From positions 1 to 60,812 of IMG/VR virus record IMGVR_UViG_3300019752_000008: DNA of 60,812 nt, one strand, 5' to 3'. Each line of letters opens with the position of its first letter. The first letter of the stretch is position 1. The DNA comes from a virus. Lineage: Duplodnaviria > Caudoviricetes. Made by a program: the position numbers and the translations under genes. The notes beneath the pieces are model-generated. The model made no database searches, was not told where the DNA came from, and saw only the letters and a program-made list of their open reading frames with translations. Positions 10,789 through 21,364 of this stretch are shown piece after piece.

Positions 10789-10795
10789 TTTTACC

Positions 10796-11272
10796 TCACT
10801 TTTTTATTGGAACTACTGTCTCTAATGTGAGTTGCAAAGTTCCCTTAAATTCATTCAATCCTATTTGTACTTCATCTGGTCTAAATAGTTCTTGAACCAC
10901 TGGAATACAAATATTTGCTTTGTCTTGTATTCTTTTTGATACTAAAGTAGCCCACTCAGATAATCTGAAATAATCCTTGTACTCTACTGTATCGCCATCC
11001 ACTACCTCGACAATTTCATCTACCTCAAATGAGAAGTCTATATCTATCTGAATAGTGTTCATGTGTTTTTTGTTTTGACCAATATCATTTATAAAAATAT
11101 ACGGTCTACTATAGTTGCTTTTATTTATCGCTACTTGGTTTGAAACAGTTGGTTTTGACCCAAAATGTGTTAAAGCATATTGAGTTACTGGGTTTGTTTC
11201 CACTGTAGCCACTTCAAAGCTTCTTAAGGCTTCTTTTATTGCTAAACATATTTTATATGAGTCTATTGTCAT
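10796..11272 (-). CDS. Putative tail terminator
   Basis: Size and synteny only. Confidence 0.5.
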   Translation of the reverse strand: MTIDSYKICLAIKEALRSFEVATVETNPVTQYALTHFGSKPTVSNQVAINKSNYSRPYIFINDIGQNKKHMNTIQIDIDFSFEVDEIVEVVDGDTVEYKDYFRLSEWATLVSKRIQDKANICIPVVQELFRPDEVQIGLNEFKGTLQLTLETVVPIKK

Positions 11273-11991
11273 ACTGCTATCCTTGTAGGTTTTACTACTA
11301 TGCTATTTGCTGCTTTTTGTATTTGAGAATCGTGTAATTTTTTTATCGTTGCAAGTGCATCAGTTCTGCTATTTTGTCTTGCTCTTTTTACGAAAAATCT
11401 ACCCTCAAATTCGATCGTTGTTGGCACTTGCTTCCAATTTCTGAAATAATAAGTGCCTTTTTTTGTTTTTGTAACAGTATTAGCTAAAGCTCTTCTTTGT
11501 TTTCCTGAAAGATTTCTCTTTTCGCCTTGGTCAAGCTTTGTTAATATTGCTAAAGTTTCTTTAGATGTGGCAGTTTGCCTTTTTCCAAAAGCACCTACGT
11601 CTACACCATTTTTGTAATCTCTTGGCTGAAATGATTTGTGACCACCACCAACTACTGCATATAAGCCTGTTAAATGTGGTGGAACATAAAAAGTCACATG
11701 GTCTTTTATGTTTCCATGTCTCTTTTTGCTACTGATAATCTTTTTACCAGTTCTATCGCTATGCTTGTCACCAAACCTATCTTTTCTATCATTTAAAGAA
11801 ACATAACCTTTGCCATTTAAACTTGCTCTACCCCACTCTGATGGAGTCTCTTTTGCAATCTCTATTTTGTACTGTTTTGCTACTTTTGCTGATGCCTGTT
11901 GCAGTCCTTGTTTTACTAAGCCTAAACTTCTTTTACTCAGTTCAAGCATAAAGTCAGTACCTTCGTCCATAAAATCCATTCTAGTTTTCAT
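11269..11991 (-). CDS. Putative neck / tail completion protein
   Basis: Basic 240-aa protein with C-terminal GRFFVKRA; synteny. Confidence 0.5.
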   Translation of the reverse strand: MKTRMDFMDEGTDFMLELSKRSLGLVKQGLQQASAKVAKQYKIEIAKETPSEWGRASLNGKGYVSLNDRKDRFGDKHSDRTGKKIISSKKRHGNIKDHVTFYVPPHLTGLYAVVGGGHKSFQPRDYKNGVDVGAFGKRQTATSKETLAILTKLDQGEKRNLSGKQRRALANTVTKTKKGTYYFRNWKQVPTTIEFEGRFFVKRARQNSRTDALATIKKLHDSQIQKAANSIVVKPTRIAV

Positions 11992-12371
11992 AGATGAAAC
12001 TTTTTATTTGGCATTGGTATTGATTGACTATTTGCGGTGCATACAAGTACTAATTCTACATCTTCATCTTCTGCTGTCACTACATACCAAATCTTACCAT
12101 CATAAGAAATAGTATCATTCTTTTTAGCTGACTTGTTTAGAAATTCTAATTTGTCATCAATAGTGATATGCCTTGATATTATAAATTCTCTTGCATCGTG
12201 CAAAATCTCATCTTCTACCTTGTAGTTTTTAAGAGATTTTGTAGTTGCAAAAGTATTTGTAACCTCAGTTATTGATGAATTTGTTCTGTGTTGATATATA
12301 ATAGAAGGTGCAATTGCAGTACTTGATAGTGCTACAATACTTTGCATTTGTTCTATTATATTATCTAGCAT
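11988..12371 (-). CDS. Putative head-tail joining (closure) protein
   Basis: 127 aa; KKND.I.YDGK.W.V gpFII-like pattern. Confidence 0.55.
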   Translation of the reverse strand: MLDNIIEQMQSIVALSSTAIAPSIIYQHRTNSSITEVTNTFATTKSLKNYKVEDEILHDAREFIISRHITIDDKLEFLNKSAKKNDTISYDGKIWYVVTAEDEDVELVLVCTANSQSIPMPNKKFHL

Positions 12372-12865
12372 TACTTAGTCTCTGCAAGTTTCGCTTTTAA
12401 AGTATCTAGCTTCCATTTTACAGAAGCACCTTGAACACCTTTAGCTTGAAGCTTTTCAACTAGTGTTCTTTTTTCTTCAAGTTCGTCATCTGTTCCACGT
12501 GGAACATCTGGTGTCTCTTCTTTTTTTTGAACTTCCTTAGTCTCTTCTTTTTCTTCTAAGATCTCCTCTTGTTTTGCTCTTACCATATCTTCCAATACAG
12601 ACTGAGAAATAGAATCATCAAAGTTTATATCAAGGTCTGTTGCAATTTTAGCGAGGTCACTATCTATGTTTTTTACATTTTCAGTAGCTGATATAATTAT
12701 CCCTGCCTTTACTCTGTTTTTGAATTTTTTTGTTTCTTTAATCCAAATATGACCACCTCTTCTTAGTTCTGCATCTGAGTACATTCTGTTGTTTATTTGA
12801 GAAATAAAGGTATTTTCATCTGTTTTTTTCCCCACAAACTTTACCCTTTTTTTAAAAACTATCAT
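12371..12865 (-). CDS. Hypothetical head-module protein
   Basis: After the capsid gene; short helical C-terminal W.LDTLKAKL motif. Confidence 0.6.
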   Translation of the reverse strand: MIVFKKRVKFVGKKTDENTFISQINNRMYSDAELRRGGHIWIKETKKFKNRVKAGIIISATENVKNIDSDLAKIATDLDINFDDSISQSVLEDMVRAKQEEILEEKEETKEVQKKEETPDVPRGTDDELEEKRTLVEKLQAKGVQGASVKWKLDTLKAKLAETK

Positions 12866-12905
12866 TGTTATCCTTTCTATTTGTTTTTATGATTAAGAGA
12901 CGCTT

Positions 12906-13898
12906 TTACACATCTCTTGTTTCAAACATATTTGCTCTCATTATTTGAGTACCAAGCACCTGCATAGTGTATGCAACTGATGCAATTTCATTTTTAATAT
13001 CAAATCCCCAATCAGTTTTGCTTCCTTGAAGCCCTGCTCTTTTTGGAGAGTTTGGAATCTCCAAAGAGATATAGTTTTTGGCAAAAACTCCAATCATCAT
13101 AACCTTGTAAGTTGCACCGTTTCCATCCTGAGGAGTAATTAAATCCATTCCAGCATCTTCTTCAAAAGTTACTTTGTAACCATTTTTTGTAACCCAATAC
13201 TTAATAACTTCAAGAACTGTTTTGTTTTCCATAGGATTACCCGTAGTATTTACAAACTCTTTTGTCATCAACACTCTCATAGTCACAGTAGGAATTTTTA
13301 CTGTCACATTTAATGCACTTGGATTTATTGGTCTAACAGACGTGTCATCATTTATAGAATCATAATATCCAGTAATAAATTCTTTTAAATCTTCAAGAAT
13401 ATCCGCCGCTGTATTTGCAGAATATATCCCTGTAAGAGATGACGAATCATGCACTACTTGTGGATTTGTTACAAGCCCGTAGATTCCTTGGTTTAAATAT
13501 TTTCCTACATTTCCGTACACCATATCATCAAGAGCATAATACTGTTGATACATTAAGGCTTTTAAATCATCTTTTACTTGTGTCTCTTGATCTTTACCTA
13601 CTAGATTATCTAACAGTGACAATACAATTTGACCTTGAGTGATTCCTCCTGTTTTAACATCTAGCGTTGCAGACTTTGTGCTTCCTATAATTGGTATATT
13701 GTTGTTTGCATTTAAGCTAGATAGCTCAATGTCTCCATGGATCGCTTGACTTTCTGTTGTATTTTTAAGTTTTTGTCTCCAATCTTTCGACTCATTTATA
13801 ATACCTTTAAGCATAGTAGGAGTGTATACACTGCTATCTTGGCTTACCTCTGTTTTAATCCCATTTTCGTTAGCTAATACGACTTTTTTAAAATCCAT
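12906..13898 (-). CDS. Major capsid protein (DUF2184/encapsulin-like HK97 fold)
   Basis: 330 aa; YGN....GIYGLVTNP motif; position. Confidence 0.8.
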   Translation of the reverse strand: MDFKKVVLANENGIKTEVSQDSSVYTPTMLKGIINESKDWRQKLKNTTESQAIHGDIELSSLNANNNIPIIGSTKSATLDVKTGGITQGQIVLSLLDNLVGKDQETQVKDDLKALMYQQYYALDDMVYGNVGKYLNQGIYGLVTNPQVVHDSSSLTGIYSANTAADILEDLKEFITGYYDSINDDTSVRPINPSALNVTVKIPTVTMRVLMTKEFVNTTGNPMENKTVLEVIKYWVTKNGYKVTFEEDAGMDLITPQDGNGATYKVMMIGVFAKNYISLEIPNSPKRAGLQGSKTDWGFDIKNEIASVAYTMQVLGTQIMRANMFETRDV

Positions 13899-13910
13899 AT
13901 CTTACCATCC

Positions 13911-14480
13911 TTACTTAATATTCATTATGATGAAATTTTCACCAAGAGCGTCTGAATCTGCACCCCATGTAAGTCCTGTCAAAACAAGTGCTTCATCTGC
14001 AACTGCTGTTTTCCCAAAACCACCTAAAACTTTTCCTGTTGGAACATCTACATTTGCAACTCTTAAAGTTACTGGGTCACCTGCTACTACTGCTTCTTCT
14101 GAGATAGCTCCCATATATCCAACTACCATAATTCCTTGCACAGTGTTTTCTTCTGCGAACCATATGTCATCTCTACCTACTGGTGAAGCTAGTGTTGGCA
14201 TAGGTACTGCACCACTTAGCTCATAATCTTCTCTTGCGATTTCAAATGCCTTCAGAATCCCAACAAACTTGTTAGCTTCATCTGACGTAGCACCATTTCC
14301 AAGCAAGTTGCCTCTATCTGGTACTTGAACCTCTTGGTCGCCTACTCTTATAACTCCTCTACCAAAAGATGTGTCTGATGCTATAATCATGTGATTCTCT
14401 ATTAGCTGACCATCCCATTTTTTAGCAAGATATCCCTCTCTTGCTTTTTTTGTAGTTATTCTTGGTGTTTTAATTGCCAT
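13911..14480 (-). CDS. Capsid cement / decoration protein
   Basis: FGRGV...FVGI...GDPVTLR motifs; between protease and MCP. Confidence 0.7.
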   Translation of the reverse strand: MAIKTPRITTKKAREGYLAKKWDGQLIENHMIIASDTSFGRGVIRVGDQEVQVPDRGNLLGNGATSDEANKFVGILKAFEIAREDYELSGAVPMPTLASPVGRDDIWFAEENTVQGIMVVGYMGAISEEAVVAGDPVTLRVANVDVPTGKVLGGFGKTAVADEALVLTGLTWGADSDALGENFIIMNIK

Positions 14481-15616
14481 TATTCATTTCCTCCTATTCC
14501 TGTATCTTGATTATTTTCGTATTCTGAATAATCATCACCGCTATCTCTATGATTCTGACCACCTTGCGGTGCAGAACTTGCCAAAGTTGCTTTCAATAAA
14601 GCATTTTCAAAACTTGCTTTGTCAAAAGTACCATCATTTAATAATTTAACTGTACCTAAAACTGTTTCTTTATCTGTTGCACTCATTGCTGAGTATGTAG
14701 AGTCAGTTGCCATTTTTAGAACAGTTTTCATGCTATCATTTGCTGAAACCATTGCTTTTTCAAATGCTAAGCCATTATCTTTTAATTTTTGTTCAAAAGT
14801 TGATGATTGATTAGATAATTTTGTTATCTCATCTGTCTTCAATTTTAGTGCCACCTCATCCACTGCTCCTGCTGATTGCAAGATAAGTGCCTTGTCTGTA
14901 CTGTTTGCTGTTGATATGAAGTTGATCACGTCTGCCAATTTTACTTCCATATTTTCTTCCTTTTGTTGAATTTGGTTTAAACCTTCGAGGATTTGCGTTA
15001 TATCCTCTCTTGTATTGTCGTCCTTTTTATAATTTCTAAGACACTGTTCTGAATTTCTAGCATCACACGCTGTTTTTTGTTGCTTGAAATTTAATATTGT
15101 CTCTTTCTTGGATGAACTTACATCTTTTCCAGACTCTCTAATTTCCGTTGCAAATCCCTTGTCTAGTATTTCTTTCCCAAAAAACCATGTCTCATCATCT
15201 AGTTCTTTTTCAATCTCTGAACTATCTCTGCCTGATACTTTTGCATATTCTCTCATAGCAATATCCGTAACACTTCTTAGTAATTCTGAATTTTTGGACA
15301 TAACTCTATAATCGCCCCAAGCTCCTTTAGAAGCATTGTGTATCATATATGTAGAGTTGTCGTATACTATTCTATTTTTACCCGCTAAAAATATGTAGCT
15401 AGATATAGAAATAGCTTGACTCATTATTACTGTTGTAATCTCACCTTTTGTGTAATTTTTAAGAAGATTAAAAATTCTTACTCCCTCAAAAACGTCACCA
15501 CCATCTGATGATATCTCTACAGTGATATCTCCACTTGCTGACTTTAATTTTCTGTCTATACTGTCAGCACTTATTCCATACCAAGGTGATATATCATCAT
15601 CTATCAGTATTCTCAT
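14480..15616 (-). CDS. ClpP-type head maturation protease fused to scaffold
   Basis: S.GGDVFEG, AISISS, MIHNA, ETWF..KE....GFA motifs. Confidence 0.9.
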   Translation of the reverse strand: MRILIDDDISPWYGISADSIDRKLKSASGDITVEISSDGGDVFEGVRIFNLLKNYTKGEITTVIMSQAISISSYIFLAGKNRIVYDNSTYMIHNASKGAWGDYRVMSKNSELLRSVTDIAMREYAKVSGRDSSEIEKELDDETWFFGKEILDKGFATEIRESGKDVSSSKKETILNFKQQKTACDARNSEQCLRNYKKDDNTREDITQILEGLNQIQQKEENMEVKLADVINFISTANSTDKALILQSAGAVDEVALKLKTDEITKLSNQSSTFEQKLKDNGLAFEKAMVSANDSMKTVLKMATDSTYSAMSATDKETVLGTVKLLNDGTFDKASFENALLKATLASSAPQGGQNHRDSGDDYSEYENNQDTGIGGNE

Positions 15617-17190
15617 TATTTTTCAACCTCCTTATCTTTGGTTTCTGAAACTTCAACATCTATGACAGTTTCATCTAAAACTATATTATTGTTTTCATCA
15701 AGCTTGAATCTCATTCCCAATTCTGCACCCTTTTCATTTACTTCTTTGAGTTTTTTTATTATTTTTTCCAACTCTTCTAGTTCTTTTAGTTTTGCCCTAG
15801 TATTGTTTTCTATTACAGTATCATAATCATTTCCTAGTTGAAGTGCTGACTGATAAGGGTCTATAGTTTTATTTGCTAAGTTTAATTTTCTAGCATTTGC
15901 AGATTTTACTTCATCTAGCTCTGTTTTAGTCCCAAGCGTTATTTGATACTGATAGTAATATTTGTATTTATCATCATAAAAATCATCTGTACTTATTCCC
16001 CAATTTGAATAGTTTGTAAGTATAAAATTATTTATAATATCATCTACAAGTTTATTTATAAGATTGTTTCTCTCTATTCCAAATCTTGTTTCATTTTCTT
16101 GTTTTTGGGCTTTTACTACTGCAAATACTGCTTTTCCTTCGCCTTTCAAGATTGTATTGTTTGATATATTGAAGTTTGATGCTATTACATTGTCGTGATT
16201 ATCTAAAAATGAATTATATGTAGAGTCTCTGTTGCCTTTATTTAATACATTTAGCTCTTCATCTAGTCCAATATATGCAGTTGGACTATTTGACTGGTCT
16301 TCTGTGCTAAAGTCAGTAATGCTTGCAAACTCATTAGTATTAAATCTACTTTTCCACCAAGCATCTTGTTTTTCTCTTAGTGGTTTAATGAGTGGTGTTT
16401 TATGCACAAACTGAGACTTTGCTGTTTTGCTTGCTGTCTGAAGCTCTGTATCAGTGTACGTCATAGTGTTTTGAATTGTTGATATTACTCCACTAAGTTG
16501 TGATATACCTCTTTTTTGGTTTATTCTTAAGTGAGGATTGAAGTATAGCGTATATTGACCTTCTTTATAAAAAATAGAGTTTGCTTTCTCTTGACTGTCA
16601 TATACCCATATTCCTATATGTTCCTCGTAGTCTCCAAGCTCTATACCGCCAACTATTGCGTTTTTTGTTTTGTTGTTTTTTTCATCGTACTCAGCATGTC
16701 TATCTTTGCTTATATCTATCATTGATGTTTCTACTAACTTAGTAGTATATTTGAACTTTTTAGACGGGTCAAATATGTGAAGTAACAATACTTCTCCTTC
16801 TGTTCCTTTTTCTGCTCTGACTACTTGTCTTAAAGTATCAACAAAGTGAGACATTTTATCTGCTGAAAAAAACTCTTTTTTACAAAACAGTTTCCAATCT
16901 TTTTCAGCTTTATCGTTCTTTTTTCTATCCAAAATACCTTTTTTGTCTTTAAATTTAAACTGAACATCTCCATCTATTCCTACAACACCAGCTTCAAATG
17001 TTTGAATAATCGCCTGTATTGAACTGATGTTTGCATTCATATATCTTGTTTTATCTGTTAATGTTGTCTTTTCATCTATTATTGAGTTTATATCTTTGTT
17101 TTCTGCATCTGCTGCTTGTGCTTTTGCACCTAGTGTTGCAGATTGAAGATAATTTGCTGTTGATCTACTTAAATATAATGGAGTATTCAT
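15616..17190 (-). CDS. Portal protein, lambda family
   Basis: 524 aa; IVGGIE, RINQKRGIS, D.VK.A.A motifs. Confidence 0.85.
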   Translation of the reverse strand: MNTPLYLSRSTANYLQSATLGAKAQAADAENKDINSIIDEKTTLTDKTRYMNANISSIQAIIQTFEAGVVGIDGDVQFKFKDKKGILDRKKNDKAEKDWKLFCKKEFFSADKMSHFVDTLRQVVRAEKGTEGEVLLLHIFDPSKKFKYTTKLVETSMIDISKDRHAEYDEKNNKTKNAIVGGIELGDYEEHIGIWVYDSQEKANSIFYKEGQYTLYFNPHLRINQKRGISQLSGVISTIQNTMTYTDTELQTASKTAKSQFVHKTPLIKPLREKQDAWWKSRFNTNEFASITDFSTEDQSNSPTAYIGLDEELNVLNKGNRDSTYNSFLDNHDNVIASNFNISNNTILKGEGKAVFAVVKAQKQENETRFGIERNNLINKLVDDIINNFILTNYSNWGISTDDFYDDKYKYYYQYQITLGTKTELDEVKSANARKLNLANKTIDPYQSALQLGNDYDTVIENNTRAKLKELEELEKIIKKLKEVNEKGAELGMRFKLDENNNIVLDETVIDVEVSETKDKEVEK

Positions 17191-17417
17191 TAGATATCCT
17201 CCATTCTAAAAAGTGTGTTTTTTTCTTCATTTAATAGTTTTTGCAGCTGAGGAAGTGTTGCTTTTTCTAGCCTTGTAGTTCCTTGCTCAAACTTGTGTAC
17301 ACCGCCTGTAGCTCTTGCTTGAGATACTGCTGTTTTCAATGCAGTTATTAAATCTTTTTGTTCTTGGATTTCTTCTTTTGTGTAAGCCATTATTCGATAA
17401 TAAATAATGCTAAACAA
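17190..17417 (-). CDS. gpW-like head-tail adaptor (ATG probably near 17390)
   Basis: Small; RLEKATL..L motif; directly before the portal. Confidence 0.7.
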   Translation of the reverse strand: MFSIIYYRIMAYTKEEIQEQKDLITALKTAVSQARATGGVHKFEQGTTRLEKATLPQLQKLLNEEKNTLFRMEDI

Positions 17418-17597
17418 AACAAGGAGAGTAATTTTATATCTAGCATTATATTCCTTTTAAAAGTGTGATTTCAACTTTTGTTAGTATTTGCCTATCTTGT
17501 TGTGCAAGTGGTCTTGATGGTTGTATTTTATATATTTTAATATTAAATCTTGCTTACGTGATATATAATGTTGTATTTAAATTTTAAGGAATGAAAA

Positions 17598-18353
17598 ATG
17601 ACAGAATATAAACATGAACTAGCAATGGGTAGAGTTTCAGGTAAGTTTGTAAAAGGCAAATACGGTCTTAATTCAGATGTAGATACTGGGGGATGGGAAG
17701 TTATCTGGAATGGTGGTGGGTCAGAATATACAGGATTTAACGCTGTCGAAGCACAGACTTTTAGACTTGCATCTTCTAATGATGAAGATAAGCCAAGCGG
17801 TACTGGTCTTGGATACATTCGTATGTTCTATTTGGATGAAAACTATAATCCACAAGTAGCAGACGTTGAACTTAATGGGCTTACACCTGTTGTCACTACT
17901 TTTTCAGGAATTAGATGTGATACACTAAAAGGAATTGCAAATAGCGAAGAAAATAGCAAACGTAAAAACCTTGGGGAAATTACAGTTTCTCAATCTGTTG
18001 ATACTGCCAATGTTTTTGCAGTAGTTCCTATCGAGCATAATTCTACTATGATATCTTGCTACACTGTTCCTGCTGGACATACTGCACTTATGGAAGATTT
18101 GTATGCTTTCTTCTCTGGACAAAATAGAGGAGTAGCACAAGTTAGGCTAAAAATAAGAGAATACGGCAGTGTTCCTATTGTTGCAGGACAAGGGTCTATC
18201 TTAGCAGATGGTACGAGCTTCATACATAGAGATTTAGAATATTTCTCATCTCCTATCCCTGAAAAAACTGATATATGGATAGAGGCTAATGCTGATACTA
18301 ATAATTTATCTATAACAAGTGGATTCACTTTGGTCGTAGAAAAAAACAGATAA
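17598..18353 (+). CDS. Conserved phage hypothetical protein, inverted within the head module
   Basis: 251 aa beta-rich; AAGGA RBS; convergent terminator. Confidence 0.8.
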   Translation: MTEYKHELAMGRVSGKFVKGKYGLNSDVDTGGWEVIWNGGGSEYTGFNAVEAQTFRLASSNDEDKPSGTGLGYIRMFYLDENYNPQVADVELNGLTPVVTTFSGIRCDTLKGIANSEENSKRKNLGEITVSQSVDTANVFAVVPIEHNSTMISCYTVPAGHTALMEDLYAFFSGQNRGVAQVRLKIREYGSVPIVAGQGSILADGTSFIHRDLEYFSSPIPEKTDIWIEANADTNNLSITSGFTLVVEKNR

Positions 18354-18358
18354 TATTG

Positions 18359-18391
18359 TTGAGTGGCAAGTTTTTAACTTGCTCACTTCAA
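18359..18391. terminator. Bidirectional stem-loop between convergent genes
   Basis: TTGAGTGGCAAGTT-TTT-AACTTGCTCACTTCAA. Confidence 0.6.
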
Positions 18392-18402
18392 TGCCTAGCT
18401 AT

Positions 18403-20454
18403 CTAAAAGTGGTCATTTTCTGATACATTTGGTGTGTGATATTGGACATTTTTACTATCCATTAGTCTTATTTCTCTTTTTGTTAACTCTCTTGGTTTTT
18501 CTACTAGATGATAACTTAACGAGTGCCATCTAGTAACACTTGAAACAATACAGTCATACAAGTCATTTCTTACTGATTCGTTTATCTTTTGATAAGATTT
18601 GAAATTATCTGTTTTTCCTGTTTCTGGATTCGTATGATATATATAATGTTCAGATGTCATCATTCTTTCAAAGTCTTCTCTTTTTGATGATATATTTTTC
18701 TCTATCCTCTCGTCAAATAGTCTCACGGGCTTATTGTTTATCCAAAACATTCTTTCTTTATAAAGTTGCGATTCTTCAAACCCTACTTCGCCGTCATCAT
18801 GTTTAATCCTTTCTATACTTCTATTTATCATATCTGTAAGTTCTAGTTTTGCTTGAAGATTGTTTATTTTCAGTATCTTTGTAGTTGTTCCTTTTATAGT
18901 TCTAAAATCAAACATGGGTATCATTTTTTGACCACTTTCTCCCTCTGAAGCATATATATAATCTGGTCGCCCCACCTCTTTGTCTATTAATTGTACCCAC
19001 TCAAGAACCAGCTTTGTTCTTTCTTTTACACCTCTACTATCTATTGTTACGTGATCTACATATCTTATTTGACCATGCCTATCTGTGAGTAGTTTTTTTC
19101 TTATGATGTCAAGCTCTTCAAAGGATTCTGCTCTTCCATAGTCCACTACATTACATATTGACCCGTATTGCCATGCTGTTATAGTAAACCAAAAATGCGT
19201 AAGCTGAGTATCAATGTCCATAAATATTTTATATGTATCATCTGGTATTATGTTCTCTTCAAGCCCGTTTGATATTCTTAATATATCACTCTTTTTAACA
19301 GTTTCCTTTATCTCTTCTTCGTATGGTTCGTTGTAGTATCCTTCAAAGTGTTCTTTTAGTGCATCTCTTCTTAGTGCAGGGTCTTTTAGAACTATAGCTT
19401 CTAAATAAGATGTTGCGATATCTTCAAAACTTAAAAAATAAGACAAAAACGAATTTGCACTAAAGCCTACTGTTTTAGGGTCTTTTTTGTTTCCTTTAAC
19501 TATCCATTCTATTTTATTTTCTTTTATTTGCATATCTTTTTGTTCGCTAGTTATTGATTCACCACATGAATTACATTCGTAGTATGCTAAACTTTGAGCC
19601 AATGGGATATATTTTTCCGACATTATCTCATCTGTAAATGTATCGTCATCATATCCATAAGTGTCTTTAAACTCTCCTATTTCCATTATTCTAAATTGAG
19701 TCCATACCACTTCTATCAAGTCTGAGCAATGAGGGCAATACATCCCTAGAAAGTTTTTTTGTTCACAACTATTAAAACTCTGGGTAATTGTTCCGTTTTT
19801 GGTCTTCTTTGTTGATGCAATCACCATCATTGCACCAACTTTTAGAAATGTTTTTGCTCTTTGCCATAAAGGAGCTATTGCAGCTAATCCGTCTATTTCA
19901 TCTGCTTCATCTACAAGTATAAGTTTTGCTGTAATAGACTTTTTATCATCATCTACTTTTGACCCAATAAGAAATGTGTGTGACCCTCCGTGCGACAATT
20001 CACCTATTTTGTTAGCACTCCTGTTTTCTTCTATCCTTGCTTCTTCTATCATGTTTCTCAAATGAGGACTTACATTTATGTGGGAATCTATCTTTGCTTT
20101 TTGGTATTTAGAGACTAATTTGTCTTTACTTATCATCCATACACAATCTTTACCGTCCATCTTTGCATTTTTTGCAAAAATTATAAACAGAACTGTAGTT
20201 TTTGCCATTTGAGAAGCAAACATTAGTGTTATTTTTTGCGTTCTTCCGTTATCCACTGATTCTAATACTTTTATTAAATGTGGCGTTAAATAAAAACTTA
20301 TCAATTCTCTTGCATTAAATGGAGAATTTGATGGTAGATGCACATACTTCTCTGCGAATTCCTTAAGACTTATGGATTTAGCCCATTTAAGCATCCTAGT
20401 AATTATAGGTATATTTGATAATAGTTCTTTTCTTCTTTTTTTTGAAATTTTCAA
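18403..20454 (-). CDS. terL: Terminase large subunit, lambda GpA family
   Basis: Walker A-like ASQMAKT, LVDEADE, CPHC/CNSC Zn motifs, DIDTQ nuclease motif. Confidence 0.93.
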   Translation of the reverse strand: MKISKKRRKELLSNIPIITRMLKWAKSISLKEFAEKYVHLPSNSPFNARELISFYLTPHLIKVLESVDNGRTQKITLMFASQMAKTTVLFIIFAKNAKMDGKDCVWMISKDKLVSKYQKAKIDSHINVSPHLRNMIEEARIEENRSANKIGELSHGGSHTFLIGSKVDDDKKSITAKLILVDEADEIDGLAAIAPLWQRAKTFLKVGAMMVIASTKKTKNGTITQSFNSCEQKNFLGMYCPHCSDLIEVVWTQFRIMEIGEFKDTYGYDDDTFTDEIMSEKYIPLAQSLAYYECNSCGESITSEQKDMQIKENKIEWIVKGNKKDPKTVGFSANSFLSYFLSFEDIATSYLEAIVLKDPALRRDALKEHFEGYYNEPYEEEIKETVKKSDILRISNGLEENIIPDDTYKIFMDIDTQLTHFWFTITAWQYGSICNVVDYGRAESFEELDIIRKKLLTDRHGQIRYVDHVTIDSRGVKERTKLVLEWVQLIDKEVGRPDYIYASEGESGQKMIPMFDFRTIKGTTTKILKINNLQAKLELTDMINRSIERIKHDDGEVGFEESQLYKERMFWINNKPVRLFDERIEKNISSKREDFERMMTSEHYIYHTNPETGKTDNFKSYQKINESVRNDLYDCIVSSVTRWHSLSYHLVEKPRELTKREIRLMDSKNVQYHTPNVSENDHF

Positions 20455-20456
20455 GT

Positions 20457-20657
20457 CTAGTATCTGACCTCTGTTTCTTTAAGTGAATCTTTCCTTGTCT
20501 TCTTCTGGTTCTCTTTTTCGTCTGCTATTCTGCCCCATCCTTTTCGATACCCTTTCATTGAAAACCCAAATCCTATCATAAATATAGTCACGGTATATGC
20601 TATAAATCCGATTACATATAAAATTGTCTCCATCTTAAAACTCCACCTTTTTCCCAT
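20457..20657 (-). CDS. Small membrane protein
   Basis: One hydrophobic helix; in operon. Confidence 0.55.
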   Translation of the reverse strand: MGKRWSFKMETILYVIGFIAYTVTIFMIGFGFSMKGYRKGWGRIADEKENQKKTRKDSLKETEVRY

Positions 20658-20964
20658 CTGTTTTCATCATAGAGTATCTAAACTCTTTATCTTCATGTAA
20701 TTTTACCATAAGGTTTTTATATTTTATCTCTAACATCCTTATCTTTAGTACATTTTCCACACTTTCTTTTATATCATCATTGCCTTCCAACGTTTTAGCT
20801 ATCATTCCATCTAAAAGTATATTCTTAACTACGTCTGTATCAATATATTTATCTGATAGTCCTTCTTTTATTGTTTTCTTATGGTTTTCCACTACATTTT
20901 GCACCCATAAGAATTGTGTATCTATTTTCGCAAATTTTTCTGCTAGTTTTATGTCTATTATCAT
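20635..20964 (-). CDS. Hypothetical protein
   Basis: AAGGAG RBS; operon packing. Confidence 0.65.
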   Translation of the reverse strand: MIIDIKLAEKFAKIDTQFLWVQNVVENHKKTIKEGLSDKYIDTDVVKNILLDGMIAKTLEGNDDIKESVENVLKIRMLEIKYKNLMVKLHEDKEFRYSMMKTDGKKVEF

Positions 20965-20965
20965 T

Positions 20966-21364
20966 TTAAAACTCCTTTTCAGTCCATCTCTTCGTCTTAT
21001 CCCTTGTATTTATACCCACATACTCGTCACTATATCTAGCTAAAAACATCTTTTGTCTCATTCTTGTAGGTTCAGTGAGCATGCCTTTTGCATCATCTGC
21101 TACAAATTCCCATCCATCATCTGTTTTACGCTCATATACAAAGTCAATCGTGTATGTGATAGGTTGTTTTTTCTTGCCTTTATGTGTAAATCCATCAAAT
21201 ACTACAAAGTTTTTTTGAAGCGTTAGGTTTCTTATTTTTCCTGCTCTCAACATTAAATATAAGTAGTCGTACCTTCTTGCCTCTAGTTTACTATCAAACT
21301 CTACCCATTCTTCGTTTATTCTCCTGAGGTCTTTTTCATTTTTGTGTTTATTTTGTTTTTTCAC
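20966..21364 (-). CDS. DUF1064-family PD-(D/E)xK endonuclease
   Basis: FDSKLEARRY, Y..DF.Y, D.KG..T motifs. Confidence 0.85.
   Translation of the reverse strand: MKKQNKHKNEKDLRRINEEWVEFDSKLEARRYDYLYLMLRAGKIRNLTLQKNFVVFDGFTHKGKKKQPITYTIDFVYERKTDDGWEFVADDAKGMLTEPTRMRQKMFLARYSDEYVGINTRDKTKRWTEKEF

Noticed and set aside
952-17234. Plus-strand ORFs across the structural module (and similar antisense ORFs elsewhere, e.g. 40947-41360, 51135-51521)
   Set aside because: Shadow frames of real genes; no RBS; Ser/Leu/Phe-biased composition
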